A DNA stretch of 64,000 bases from an uncultured Phascolarctobacterium sp. (GTDB lineage: Bacteria; Bacillota; Negativicutes; Acidaminococcales; Acidaminococcaceae). The stretch lies in assembly GCA_964480295.1 (NCBI GenBank), contig CAYZOZ010000003.1:152-64151 (forward strand). Direction: 5' to 3'. This document shows positions 37,756-47,629 of the stretch, in pieces. The notes below the pieces were generated by a model. The model made no database searches and had not been told where the DNA came from. It was given only the letters and a program-made list of their open reading frames with translations. A program made the position numbers and the translations under genes. Within the stretch, counting starts at the first letter, position 1. Each line of letters begins with the position of its first letter.

Positions 37756-40302
37756 ATGTATATACTATATAATATTCTTATTTTAATAGTGCTTCTGGTC
37801 TTTGTTCTGCCGTACTACACCTATCGTCTGTTTACGGAGAAGGGCTTCGCGCTGCGCTTTAAGCAGCAGGTGTTCGGACGGATCGAGGACGAGGAGATCG
37901 CCAAGGTCATTCGCAAGGATTGCATTTGGATTCATGGCGCGTCCGTAGGCGAGATCGTCGCCACCAGTCCGTTGGTTAAGCAGATTCGTCGCGAGATGCC
38001 CAATCGCCCGATTTTGGTAAGCGCCTTCACCGTAGGCGGCTATAATATGGCGAAGCAAATCATTCCCGAGGCGGACGCGATCATCTATTTCCCCTTGGAT
38101 CTGCCCTTCGTTGCCGAGTCGCTAGTCAAGCGTATTCATCCTGGCGTGTTCATGCCGGTGGAGACCGAGCTGTGGCCGAACTTTTTGCGCGCGATCCGCG
38201 AGCGCCATATTCCCGTAATGATGGTCAACGGTCGTATCTCTGAGAAGTCGGTGAAGAACTATCGTTATTTATACGGTATTTGGGACGATATGCTGAATAC
38301 CGTTACTCGTTTTTGTATGCAATCCAGCATTGATGCTGATTATATCGCCCATTTGGGTGCCGATAAGCAGAAAATCTTCGTTACCGGCAACACGAAATTC
38401 GATCAGACCTATGCCGAGGTCACGCCTGAGGATTTGGCGAAGTACCGCTACGAGCTGGGCTTGAAGCAGGATTATCCTATTATCGTAGCTGGCTCCACGC
38501 ATCCCGGCGAGGAGAAGATTCTTTTGGAATCCTTCAAGGAGGTGCGTAAGCGCTATCCCCATGCGCGTTTGATCATCGCGCCGCGTAAGACCGCGCGTGC
38601 GGAGGAAATCGCCAAGCTGGCGGCGCATTACGGCTACGAGACCGGCTTTCGCTCTAAAATGCAGGAGGTACAGGGTGAGCGTGAGGAATATCCTCTGCTG
38701 ATCATCGATACGATTGGCGAATTGGGACGCATTTACGCTGTCGGCGACGTCGTTTACGTCGGTGGCTCCTTCAGCAATACCGGCGGGCACAACGTTTTGG
38801 AGCCTGCCGCTCATGCGAAGCCGATTTTAGTCGGTCCCAGTATGCAGAACTTTAAGGATTCCTACGCGCTTTTGAGCAAGGTGAAGGCCTGCAAAATGGT
38901 CGGCACTAATGCGGAGCTGACGAGCGAAATGCTCGATATAATCAACAACGATGCCCGTCGCGAGCAGATGGGAGCGGCCTCCTTGCAGGTTATCAAGGAA
39001 AACCGCGGCGCGGACGTGCGCAGCATCCATTATTTGCAGGAGTTGCTGGAGCTTACCGCCGTGCCCTCGCGCGAGTACCCCGTTTACCCGATCAACACCC
39101 GCAATCTTACGGACGAGGGCGGCGGTCGCCTGCGTCATGGCGACGCGCTGATCCAATATATTTATCGCATCGCCTATGGTCCAGAAACGCCCTTCATGGG
39201 CTGGCTGCTTTTGGCGGTGCTGCGCGCGATGAGCTATCTGTATAAATTCGGCGTGTGCTGCAAGCTCAAGCTGTACGAGCTGGGGCTGATTAAGAAGGAA
39301 AAGCTTTCCTGCTGCGTTATTTCCATCGGTAATATTACCGTTGGTGGCACGGGCAAAACTCCGACGGCGCAGAAGATGGCGGATATCGTTAAATCCATGG
39401 GCTATCGCGTTGTCATCCTGAACCGTGGCTATCGTTCCCACTGGGGCAAGGAGCTGGGCGTGGTTTCCGACGGCAATAAGATTTATATGACCGCCTATGA
39501 GGCGGGCGACGAAGCCTATCTGATGGCGAAAACGTTGCCCGGCATTCCCGTTATCATCGGCAAGAATCGTGCCGTGACCGGTCGCTATGCCGTGGAGAAG
39601 ATGAACGCGCAGGTCATCATCATGGACGACGGCTACCAGCATTGGCAGCTGGAGCGCGATTTGGACGTGGTGCTCGTCGATACGCTGAATATGTTCGGCA
39701 ATGGCTGCGTGCTGCCGCGCGGTACGCTGCGTGAGCCCTTGCAGAATCTGGCGCGCGGTGATCTCTTCCTGCTCACCAAGACCGACCAAAGCAGTAGGCT
39801 GAATCGCATTCAGCTGCGCCATACGATCGCGCAGTATAACGCCGCGGCACCGGTGGTGGAGAGTATCCATCATCCGAAGAATTTCGTAGAGATCGCCGAT
39901 TGGTACAAGGGCATTTCCGAAAACTTCAAGGATTTGGAGGAGCTGAGGGGCAAGGACGTAATGGTCTTTTCCGCTATCGGCAATCCCTCCTCCTTCGAGC
40001 AAACGTTGTCCGGCATCGGCTTGAATATTTTAGAGGCGGTGCGCTATCCCGATCATCACGATTACGGTATGCTGGAGATGCAGTATATCAATGAACGCGC
40101 CAGCAGCCTGAAGGCGGTCGCCATGGTGGCGACGGCGAAGGACGCGGTAAAGATTCCCACCGAGTTTATTTACTCCGCACGCGAGATTCCGCTCTATATT
40201 TTGAATATGGATATTTGCATTACCGACGGTATGGATAAATTCAAAGAATATATCGATAACGCCATTGCTAAGAAGATACCCAAAGCGAAAATCACTGATT
40301 GA
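37756..40302 (+). CDS. waaA-lpxK: Fused Kdo transferase (WaaA/KdtA) - lipid A 4'-kinase (LpxK)
   Basis: N-half WIHGASVGE, ETELWPN, GNTKFD, GGHNVLEPA; C-half GNITVGGTGKTP, LNRGY, DDGYQH, YPDHHDY; one uninterrupted ORF. Confidence 0.93.
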   Translation: MYILYNILILIVLLVFVLPYYTYRLFTEKGFALRFKQQVFGRIEDEEIAKVIRKDCIWIHGASVGEIVATSPLVKQIRREMPNRPILVSAFTVGGYNMAKQIIPEADAIIYFPLDLPFVAESLVKRIHPGVFMPVETELWPNFLRAIRERHIPVMMVNGRISEKSVKNYRYLYGIWDDMLNTVTRFCMQSSIDADYIAHLGADKQKIFVTGNTKFDQTYAEVTPEDLAKYRYELGLKQDYPIIVAGSTHPGEEKILLESFKEVRKRYPHARLIIAPRKTARAEEIAKLAAHYGYETGFRSKMQEVQGEREEYPLLIIDTIGELGRIYAVGDVVYVGGSFSNTGGHNVLEPAAHAKPILVGPSMQNFKDSYALLSKVKACKMVGTNAELTSEMLDIINNDARREQMGAASLQVIKENRGADVRSIHYLQELLELTAVPSREYPVYPINTRNLTDEGGGRLRHGDALIQYIYRIAYGPETPFMGWLLLAVLRAMSYLYKFGVCCKLKLYELGLIKKEKLSCCVISIGNITVGGTGKTPTAQKMADIVKSMGYRVVILNRGYRSHWGKELGVVSDGNKIYMTAYEAGDEAYLMAKTLPGIPVIIGKNRAVTGRYAVEKMNAQVIIMDDGYQHWQLERDLDVVLVDTLNMFGNGCVLPRGTLREPLQNLARGDLFLLTKTDQSSRLNRIQLRHTIAQYNAAAPVVESIHHPKNFVEIADWYKGISENFKDLEELRGKDVMVFSAIGNPSSFEQTLSGIGLNILEAVRYPDHHDYGMLEMQYINERASSLKAVAMVATAKDAVKIPTEFIYSAREIPLYILNMDICITDGMDKFKEYIDNAIAKKIPKAKITD

Positions 40303-40324
40303 TGTAAAGATATAACGAAGGAGC

Positions 40325-41068
40325 TTGATGAAGATGAAGGTACTTTGTGTAATTCCCGCCCGCTACGCGTCGACGCGTCTGCCGGGCAAGCCGCTGTCCA
40401 TGATCGCTGGCAAGCCGATGATTCAGCGCGTGTATGAGCGTGCCTGTCAGGCACAGCTGCCGGACGAGGTCGTGGTGGCGACGGATAATGAGCTGGTGAA
40501 GCAGGCGGTGGAGGCTTGCGGTGGTAAGGCGGTGATGACCTCTCCAGATCATCCGAGCGGCACCGATCGCTTAGCCGAGGTCGCTTTGAAATATCCTGAT
40601 GTCGACGTGATCGTCAACGTGCAGGGTGATGAGCCGATGATTCCCCCCGAAGTTATCGATCGCTTGGCGAAGGTCTTCGTCGAGGACGAGGAGCTGCAAA
40701 TGGCGACGCTCAAGGTGGCGATGAACGAGGAGGATTACCAAAATCCCGCGGCGGTGAAGGTCGTGACCGATTTGAACGGCTACGCGCTGTACTTCTCCCG
40801 CAGTCTGATGCCCTATCCGCGCAATAAGCCAGAGGGCTACAGGGTGTTTAAGCATGTTGGCATTTACGCCTACCGACGCAGCTTCCTGCTGAAATACGCG
40901 GCGCTGGAGCCGACGCCGTTGGAGCGCGCGGAGAGTCTGGAGCAGCTGCGTGCCTTGGAGAACGGCTATAAGATCAAGGTCCTCGAAAGCGATTTTCAGG
41001 GGATCGGCGTGGATACTCCCGAGGATTTGGCGGCAGTCAACGAGCTGTTCGCAAGAATGAATAAATAG
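40325..41068 (+). CDS. kdsB: 3-deoxy-manno-octulosonate cytidylyltransferase
   Basis: [31 protein letters not shown]. Confidence 0.97.
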   Translation: MMKMKVLCVIPARYASTRLPGKPLSMIAGKPMIQRVYERACQAQLPDEVVVATDNELVKQAVEACGGKAVMTSPDHPSGTDRLAEVALKYPDVDVIVNVQGDEPMIPPEVIDRLAKVFVEDEELQMATLKVAMNEEDYQNPAAVKVVTDLNGYALYFSRSLMPYPRNKPEGYRVFKHVGIYAYRRSFLLKYAALEPTPLERAESLEQLRALENGYKIKVLESDFQGIGVDTPEDLAAVNELFARMNK

Positions 41069-41078
41069 GAGGCGGAAT

Positions 41079-41897
41079 ATGCATATTGTAAAGATTGCCG
41101 ATTATCAGGTAGGACAGGGACAGCCACTGCTTTTAATGGCGGGCCCCTGCGTTTTGGAGGGCTATGAGCGCAGTCTGATGATCGGTCGGCGCACGAAGGC
41201 GATTTGCGAGGAGCTGGGTATTCCCTACGTATTCAAGGCCTCCTTCGATAAGGCCAATCGTTCCTCCTACTCCTCCTTCCGTGGCCCCGGTATCGAGGAG
41301 GGCTTGCAGCTCTTGGCGCAGATCAAGAAGGATTTGGGCGTACCCGTGGTTACGGATATCCATGAGCCCTGGCAGGCGGAGAAGGCTGCCGAGGTAGTCG
41401 ACATTTTGCAAATTCCGGCGTTCCTTTGCCGTCAGACGGATCTTGTTTGGGCGGCAGCGAAAACGGGTAAGGCCGTGAACGTGAAGAAGGGACAATTCCT
41501 CGCGCCCTGGGACATGAAGAACGTCGTGAAAAAGGTGGAGGAGGCAGGCAATAATAATTTGCTGCTGACCGAGCGCGGTGCCAGCTTCGGCTATAACACG
41601 CTCGTAACCGATATGCGCGGCTTGGCGATCATGCGCGAGCTGGGCTACCCCGTCGTGATGGACGCTACGCATAGCGTGCAGATCCCTGGCGGACAGGGAA
41701 CCTCCAGCGGCGGTCAAAGCCAGTACGTGCCCCATATGGCGCGCGCTGCGGCAGCCGTGGGCATTGACGCGCTTTTCCTCGAGGTGCATGATAATCCGGC
41801 GGAGGCTCTCTCCGACGGTCCCAATATGGTGAAGCTTGATGATTTGAAGAAGCTGCTCAGCGACGTTTTGGCGATCGACAGAATCGTCCGCGGCTGA
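41079..41897 (+). CDS. kdsA: KDO 8-phosphate synthase
   Basis: [29 protein letters not shown]. Confidence 0.97.
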   Translation: MHIVKIADYQVGQGQPLLLMAGPCVLEGYERSLMIGRRTKAICEELGIPYVFKASFDKANRSSYSSFRGPGIEEGLQLLAQIKKDLGVPVVTDIHEPWQAEKAAEVVDILQIPAFLCRQTDLVWAAAKTGKAVNVKKGQFLAPWDMKNVVKKVEEAGNNNLLLTERGASFGYNTLVTDMRGLAIMRELGYPVVMDATHSVQIPGGQGTSSGGQSQYVPHMARAAAAVGIDALFLEVHDNPAEALSDGPNMVKLDDLKKLLSDVLAIDRIVRG

Positions 41898-41921
41898 GTA
41901 AATTGAAAGGTGGCAGGGGTT

Positions 41922-42896
41922 ATGGAAGCAATGCTTGAGCACGCGCGCGAGGTCCTGCGCATGGAGGCCGAGGCTGTTTTGGAGCTAGTGCCTCGTGTCG
42001 ACGAGAATTTCGCGGCGGCGGTGAAGTTAATTTTAGAATGTCAGGGACGCACGGTCATTACCGGCATGGGTAAGAGCGGTCTTATCGGTCGCAAAATGGC
42101 GGCGACCTTGGCGAGCACTGGCACGCCCTCCTTTTATCTGCATCCTGCGGAGGGTATTCACGGCGATTTGGGCATGGTTACCGCGTCCGACGTGGTGATT
42201 GCGCTGTCCAACAGCGGTGAAACGGGCGAGGTACTGAATATTCTTCCGTCCCTGCGTCGTATCGGCGCGAAGATCATCGCCATGGTGGGCAATGCTAATT
42301 CCACTTTGGGCAAGAACGCCGACGTGATTTTGGACGTGGGCGTGAGCAAGGAGGCCTGTCCCCTGGGCTTGGCTCCGACCAGTAGCACGACGGCGGCTCT
42401 GGCCTATGGCGACGCGCTGGCGCTCGCCCTGCTCAAAAAGCATAATTTTACCGCCAGTCAATTCGCTATCTTCCACCCGGGCGGCAGTCTGGGCAGAAAG
42501 CTTTTGTTGACCGTCGGCAGCATTATGCATAAGGGCGGCGAGAATCCGACCGTGCCCGGCGACATGAAGGTGCGGGACGCGCTCTTCGTCATCACGGATA
42601 AGGGCTTGGGTGCTGTTTCCGTGGTTGATGCTGACGGCGTTATGCAGGGCGTGCTGACCGATGGCGATATCCGCCGCGGTCTGAGCAAGGGCGTGGCCTT
42701 TTTGGAGCGTCCGGTGCGCGAGCTGATGACGACGAATCCCAAAACCATTACGGAGGATAAGCTGGCAGCGCAGGCGCTGCATTTGATGGAAAGCAATAAG
42801 CCTAAGCCGATTACGGTTCTGCCCGTGATCGATGAGAACAAAAGGGTTATCGGCCTCCTACATATGACCGACCTGGTACGTCAGGGAGTGGTATAA
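41922..42896 (+). CDS. kdsD: Arabinose 5-phosphate isomerase (SIS+CBS)
   Basis: GMGKSG, HGDLG, APTSST, HPGGSLG, CBS pair; GTG 41910 is an alternative start. Confidence 0.95.
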   Translation: MEAMLEHAREVLRMEAEAVLELVPRVDENFAAAVKLILECQGRTVITGMGKSGLIGRKMAATLASTGTPSFYLHPAEGIHGDLGMVTASDVVIALSNSGETGEVLNILPSLRRIGAKIIAMVGNANSTLGKNADVILDVGVSKEACPLGLAPTSSTTAALAYGDALALALLKKHNFTASQFAIFHPGGSLGRKLLLTVGSIMHKGGENPTVPGDMKVRDALFVITDKGLGAVSVVDADGVMQGVLTDGDIRRGLSKGVAFLERPVRELMTTNPKTITEDKLAAQALHLMESNKPKPITVLPVIDENKRVIGLLHMTDLVRQGVV

Positions 42897-43528
42897 TGTT
42901 TGATTTAGAAGCTATCAGCGATTTTCGCTCGTTGATTTCGCAAAAGGAAATTACTAAGGAGTTTCGTCAGAGCGAGCAAAGCTATGACGAGCTGCGCATG
43001 GCCTTGGCCAAGATTCGTCTGCTGGCCTTGGATGTGGACGGCGTGCTGACGGACGGCAGCATCAATATCGGACCGGAGGGCGAGGTGTTCAAGGCGTTCG
43101 ATGTGAAGGACGGCTTGGGGATCAGCGTGGCACAGCGCAACGGCTTGCGAATCGCCATTATCACTGGTCGCCGCAGCGAGATCATTCATCATCGCTGCGA
43201 GGAGCTGGGCATCACGCTTTTGGGCGAGGGCATTAGCGATAAGCAGACGGCGCTCGTGGAGCTGGGCAATTCGTTGGGCTTGAGCAAGGAGCAGATCGCT
43301 TATATGGGCGACGACCTCAACGATTTACCGGCATTCGCGGCGGCAGGAATCAGCTTCGCGCCCGCTAACGCGAGCATGGAGGTGCTGGCGCTGGCGAAGC
43401 TCGTCACCCGCTTGCAGGGCGGACATGGCGCGGTGCGCGAGGCGATTACTATGATTTTGGCGGCGCAGGGAAAGTGGGAAGGCATAATTAACGCATATCT
43501 GCGAACCGGTCAAGGAGATAAACAATAA
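42896..43528 (+). CDS. kdsC: KDO 8-phosphate phosphatase
   Basis: LDVDGVLTDG, GDDLND, GGHGAVRE. Confidence 0.93.
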   Translation: MFDLEAISDFRSLISQKEITKEFRQSEQSYDELRMALAKIRLLALDVDGVLTDGSINIGPEGEVFKAFDVKDGLGISVAQRNGLRIAIITGRRSEIIHHRCEELGITLLGEGISDKQTALVELGNSLGLSKEQIAYMGDDLNDLPAFAAAGISFAPANASMEVLALAKLVTRLQGGHGAVREAITMILAAQGKWEGIINAYLRTGQGDKQ

Positions 43529-44430
43529 TGTGGCTTTACTATTTGCTGAAAACATTGAGCACGGTGATATCCTGGCTGCCCTATCGGCTTGTGGTCAACA
43601 TAGGCAGGGGCGTGGGCTATCTCTACCATAAGATCGCTAAGAAGCAAAGAATCAGAGCGGAGGTGACGATCCGCGAGCGCTTGGGCTATTCCGCGGAGCA
43701 GGCGGAGGCGACGATCAGGCGGCTGTTCACGAATCTGGGCATTACCTTTATGGAGATGCTGTATATGCCGGCGCTGAACAAGGATAATATCCGCGGCTTG
43801 GTGTCGTTCGACCGACCGGAGGTGCTTTGGGAGGCCGTACATGAAAAGCGTGGCGTGGTTATGCTTGCCTGCCATATGGATAACTGGGAGTGGCTCGGCG
43901 CGGGCCTGGCGCTGAACGGCTTCCCCCTGAGCGCGGTGGAAAAGCCCCAGCCTAATCGCGTGTACAGCGACTTTATGAACGAGCTGCGCCGCGGCGTGGG
44001 ACAGGAGATCTTCGCACGTGGTACGAGCGAGATTCTGGGCTGCGCTAGGGCGATGAAGAAGGGGCGTATGCTGGGACTGATCGCTGATCAGGACGGCGGC
44101 TATGACGGCATCTTCGTACCGTTCCTGGGCAAGATGGCCTCCACTCCGACCGGACCTGCCTATTTCGCGCGTAAGTTCAAGGCACCGATCATTCCGATTT
44201 TCATCGTGCGTAAGCCCGACGGCTACGGTCATCAGGCGATCGTGCGTGATCCCATTCGCTATGAGTTTACTGGTGATACGAAGCAGGACGATTACAACGT
44301 TACCCTAAAAATGACGCAGGAAGTGGAAAAAATAATTAAGGAATATCCGGATAATTGGATCTGGTTCCAGCATCGTTGGAACACCCCCTATGTACCGGCA
44401 GAGGAGGCTAAGCAGACAGATGAAAAATAA
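43528..44430 (+). CDS. Second lipid A late acyltransferase (LpxL/HtrB family)
   Basis: HMDNWE, ADQD, WIWFQHRW. Confidence 0.9.
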   Translation: MWLYYLLKTLSTVISWLPYRLVVNIGRGVGYLYHKIAKKQRIRAEVTIRERLGYSAEQAEATIRRLFTNLGITFMEMLYMPALNKDNIRGLVSFDRPEVLWEAVHEKRGVVMLACHMDNWEWLGAGLALNGFPLSAVEKPQPNRVYSDFMNELRRGVGQEIFARGTSEILGCARAMKKGRMLGLIADQDGGYDGIFVPFLGKMASTPTGPAYFARKFKAPIIPIFIVRKPDGYGHQAIVRDPIRYEFTGDTKQDDYNVTLKMTQEVEKIIKEYPDNWIWFQHRWNTPYVPAEEAKQTDEK

Positions 44431-44974
44431 AAAAGCGATACTGGCTATTGCGGCAGGACTGCTGATCGCTGGTTCATTGATAGCTTGGCTGATGCTCGGC
44501 GGTAATAAGCCGGTGAACGTCAAGCTGGGTAATGGTGTGAGCGCGCAGCTGAACGCCTCGCTTAAAAATAGCGTTTTGCAGCGCGAGAAGGACGGCAAGA
44601 AGCTGTGGGAGTTCACGGTGTCCGAGGTGATTAACGACAACAAGAAGAATATCGCCTATTTAAAGGGCATCAAGGGTAAGGTATACCGCAATGACGGCAG
44701 CTATTTCGACGTTGTTGCCGATAAGGGACAGGCGCATATGAACAGCAACGATTTTCAGGTCGAGGGCAATGTGAAGGCCGTGCTGAATACTGGCGGCGAG
44801 CTGAATGCTGACAAGGTGACCTGGGTGCAGAAAAAGGAATTGATCACCGCGACAGGTCATGTTAAGATGCTTAAGGACGAATATACGGCAGTTGCTGATT
44901 TCGCGGAAACGACAAGTGCCTTCAAGAATATAAAACTAAAGGGTAACGCAAAGGTTACGAAAGGCGGCGAATAG
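44420..44974 (+). CDS. lptC: LPS export protein LptC
   Basis: N-terminal TM plus jellyroll strands; position before lptA/lptB. Confidence 0.8.
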   Translation: MKNKKAILAIAAGLLIAGSLIAWLMLGGNKPVNVKLGNGVSAQLNASLKNSVLQREKDGKKLWEFTVSEVINDNKKNIAYLKGIKGKVYRNDGSYFDVVADKGQAHMNSNDFQVEGNVKAVLNTGGELNADKVTWVQKKELITATGHVKMLKDEYTAVADFAETTSAFKNIKLKGNAKVTKGGE

Positions 44975-44975
44975 A

Positions 44976-45743
44976 GTGGGTGTACAGAAGAAATTAGCTT
45001 TGGCGACGGCGGTTGCTGTTTTGAGCATGGGCGTAGCGGCGAGCGCGTTCGCGGCGGCTCCAGCGAAGTTCAGTGTGCAGGCCGACGAGCTGGATTATAA
45101 TTTGCAGACAGGCGACGGCGAGGCCAAGGGGCATGTCGTGCTGCATCAGGACGGCGGTAAGGCTACTGCCGATTATGCGAAGTTTAACAGTAAAAAAAAG
45201 ACCGGTACCATGCTCGGTAACGTGGTTGCCGATCGCGAGGACGCGCATATCGTTTGCAACGAATTCGTCGCTCATAACGAAAACGATTTGTCCGCTATCG
45301 GCGGCGCGGTGCTTACCAAGGAGGGAAAAAGCCTCAGCGCCGACAGAGTTGATTATTTCAAGGAGCGTCAATACGCCGAAACGGTCGGCAGCTGGGCGCG
45401 CTTGACCGACGTGGACGGCAGCGTGCTGAACGCGGCGAAGATCGATTATAATATGGCTGCCGGCTTGGCGAACGCCTATGGCGGCGTGGATATCAAGAGC
45501 GACGCGCGTAAGCTTACGGCTACCGCCGACAGCGCCGTGTATAAGACCGATCAGGGCGGCTATGTGGAGCTTAACGGTCATGCGACCGCTACGCAGGACG
45601 GCAATACCGTTTCCGGCGACAAGCTGCGCCTGACCAATGCCAATGTCGCTGTTGCCGACGGTAATGTGAAGATGCACTATATCCCCGAAAAGCAGCCTGC
45701 CGTGACCGGCAAGGAAAAGCAGACCGAGGATGCTCTTGCCTGA
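44976..45743 (+). CDS. lptA: LptA/OstA-family periplasmic LPS transport protein (long form)
   Basis: Signal peptide, repeated jellyroll strands (VQADELDY, LSADRVDY, VSGDKL). Confidence 0.8.
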   Translation: MGVQKKLALATAVAVLSMGVAASAFAAAPAKFSVQADELDYNLQTGDGEAKGHVVLHQDGGKATADYAKFNSKKKTGTMLGNVVADREDAHIVCNEFVAHNENDLSAIGGAVLTKEGKSLSADRVDYFKERQYAETVGSWARLTDVDGSVLNAAKIDYNMAAGLANAYGGVDIKSDARKLTATADSAVYKTDQGGYVELNGHATATQDGNTVSGDKLRLTNANVAVADGNVKMHYIPEKQPAVTGKEKQTEDALA

Positions 45744-45761
45744 TGAACGGAGGATACGAGC

Positions 45762-46481
45762 TTGATTATTAAAACCGATAATTTGGTTAAGATTTATAAT
45801 GATCGCCGCGTGGTCGACGGCGTTAGCATCGACGTGGAGCAGGGCAAGGTAGTCGGCCTGCTCGGTCCGAACGGCGCGGGCAAGACGACGACCTTCTATA
45901 TGATCGTCGGCATTGAGCGCCCTGACGGCGGCGTGGTTACCTTGGACGGCAAGGATATTTCCCAAATGGCGATGTATGAGCGCGCTCGCGCTGGTATCGG
46001 CTATTTGCCGCAGGAGGCATCTATTTTCAGCAAGATGACCGTCGAGGACAATATCATGGCGATTTTGGAGACCACGAGCCTGTCCGCCGCGGAGCGTAAG
46101 GAGAAGATGAATAATCTGATCGAGGAGTTCCGTTTGGAGCATGTGCGCAAGAGCGAGGGCAAGGCACTTTCCGGCGGTGAGCGCCGCCGCGTAGAGATCG
46201 CGCGCGCGTTGGTTACCGATCCCGCCTTCATCCTGCTGGACGAGCCCTTCGCCGGCATCGATCCTATCGCCGTCGCCGATATTCAGGGTATGATCGCGCA
46301 TTTGGCGCAGCGCGGCATCGGCATTTTGATCACCGACCACAATGTGCGCGAAACGCTGCGCATCGTCGATAAGGCGTACATCCTCGCCGAGGGCAAGATC
46401 CTGCTGCACGGCGACAGCGAGACCATCGCCAACGATCCGATTGCCCGTAAGTATTATTTGGGCGATAATTTTAATATGTAG
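45762..46481 (+). CDS. lptB: LPS export ABC ATPase
   Basis: [34 protein letters not shown]. Confidence 0.96.
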   Translation: MIIKTDNLVKIYNDRRVVDGVSIDVEQGKVVGLLGPNGAGKTTTFYMIVGIERPDGGVVTLDGKDISQMAMYERARAGIGYLPQEASIFSKMTVEDNIMAILETTSLSAAERKEKMNNLIEEFRLEHVRKSEGKALSGGERRRVEIARALVTDPAFILLDEPFAGIDPIAVADIQGMIAHLAQRGIGILITDHNVRETLRIVDKAYILAEGKILLHGDSETIANDPIARKYYLGDNFNM

Positions 46482-46492
46482 GAGGAAGGAAA

Positions 46493-47584
46493 GTGCGATT
46501 ACGTATATTAGATCGTTATGTGCTGAAGGAGCTGCTTTATCCCTTCGTCTTCGGCGTTGCCGCCTTCTCCAGCATTTTTATTGCCAGCACCATGCTGTTC
46601 AAAATCACCCAGTATATCACGAAGTACGGTGCTTCCATGGAAACCGTGGCACGCCTCTTCATGTATAATTTACCGGAGATCATCAACTACACCTTCCCGA
46701 TGTCCATGCTTTTGGCGGCGCTGATGGCGTTCGGCAAGCTTTCGGGCAGTAGCGAGATCACGGCGATGAAGGCTGGCGGTGTCAGCTACTACCGTATCGT
46801 CGCGCCCGTGCTTGTCGTGGGCTTCGTGGTGAGCATGTTCTCCCTCGTGTGGGCGGAGAAGGTCGTACCCTTCGCAAAAACCGAGGCGGGGCGTATTCTC
46901 AATGAGGAAATCAAGCATAATACCCGTCCGACGACGCAGGATCACGTGGTCATCAAGACCATTAGCGGTAATACGCAGCGCGTTACCTACGCTAATAAAT
47001 TCGACGAGAAAAAGGGCCTGATGACCGATATTACGATCGAGGAATTTGAAAAGGGCAAGATCGCTCGTATTCAAACCGCGAAGGAGGGCTATTGGCAGAA
47101 CGGCTCCTGGTTGATTAAGAACGGTAATATCTTCTCGCTGAACGATCAGCAGGGCGTTACCAGCTCGGCTAAATTCAACGAGCAGATCATTCCCTTGAAT
47201 TTTTCACCGAAGCAGATCTCTTGGGAGCAAAAGGAGCCTGAGGAGATGACGATTCGCGAGCTGCGCGAATACATCGGTATGCTGGAGAAGCAGCAGAAGC
47301 CCGCTAACAGACAGTGGTGCGAGATCTTCATGCGCATCAACATTCCCTTGGCAAGCTTCTTCTTCGCGATGATCGGTGCCTGCTTAGGCACGCAGAAGCA
47401 AAGAACCAGCTCCTCCATCGGCTTGGGTATCAGTATCATCGTTATCTTTATCTACTACGCGATCATGACGCTGACCACTGGCTTGGGCAAGGGAGGCGCG
47501 ATGCCGCCGCTTTTGGCGTGTGCGCTGCCGAACATCATTTGCCTTGGCATTGGTACTTATTTGATGAAGAAGAAAAATGTGTAA
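46493..47584 (+). CDS. LptF/LptG permease
   Basis: ILDRYV, SSEITAMKAGG, periplasmic jellyroll, 3+3 TM layout. Confidence 0.92.
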   Translation: MRLRILDRYVLKELLYPFVFGVAAFSSIFIASTMLFKITQYITKYGASMETVARLFMYNLPEIINYTFPMSMLLAALMAFGKLSGSSEITAMKAGGVSYYRIVAPVLVVGFVVSMFSLVWAEKVVPFAKTEAGRILNEEIKHNTRPTTQDHVVIKTISGNTQRVTYANKFDEKKGLMTDITIEEFEKGKIARIQTAKEGYWQNGSWLIKNGNIFSLNDQQGVTSSAKFNEQIIPLNFSPKQISWEQKEPEEMTIRELREYIGMLEKQQKPANRQWCEIFMRINIPLASFFFAMIGACLGTQKQRTSSSIGLGISIIVIFIYYAIMTLTTGLGKGGAMPPLLACALPNIICLGIGTYLMKKKNV

Positions 47585-47629
47585 TTGCTTTATAGAGAGC
47601 CTTAGTCATTCTGAAGGGAGGTAAGCAGC

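Noticed and set aside
42896-43000. About 30-aa N-terminal extension on KdsC
   Set aside because: Short helical extension with no motif; not enough evidence for a separate function.
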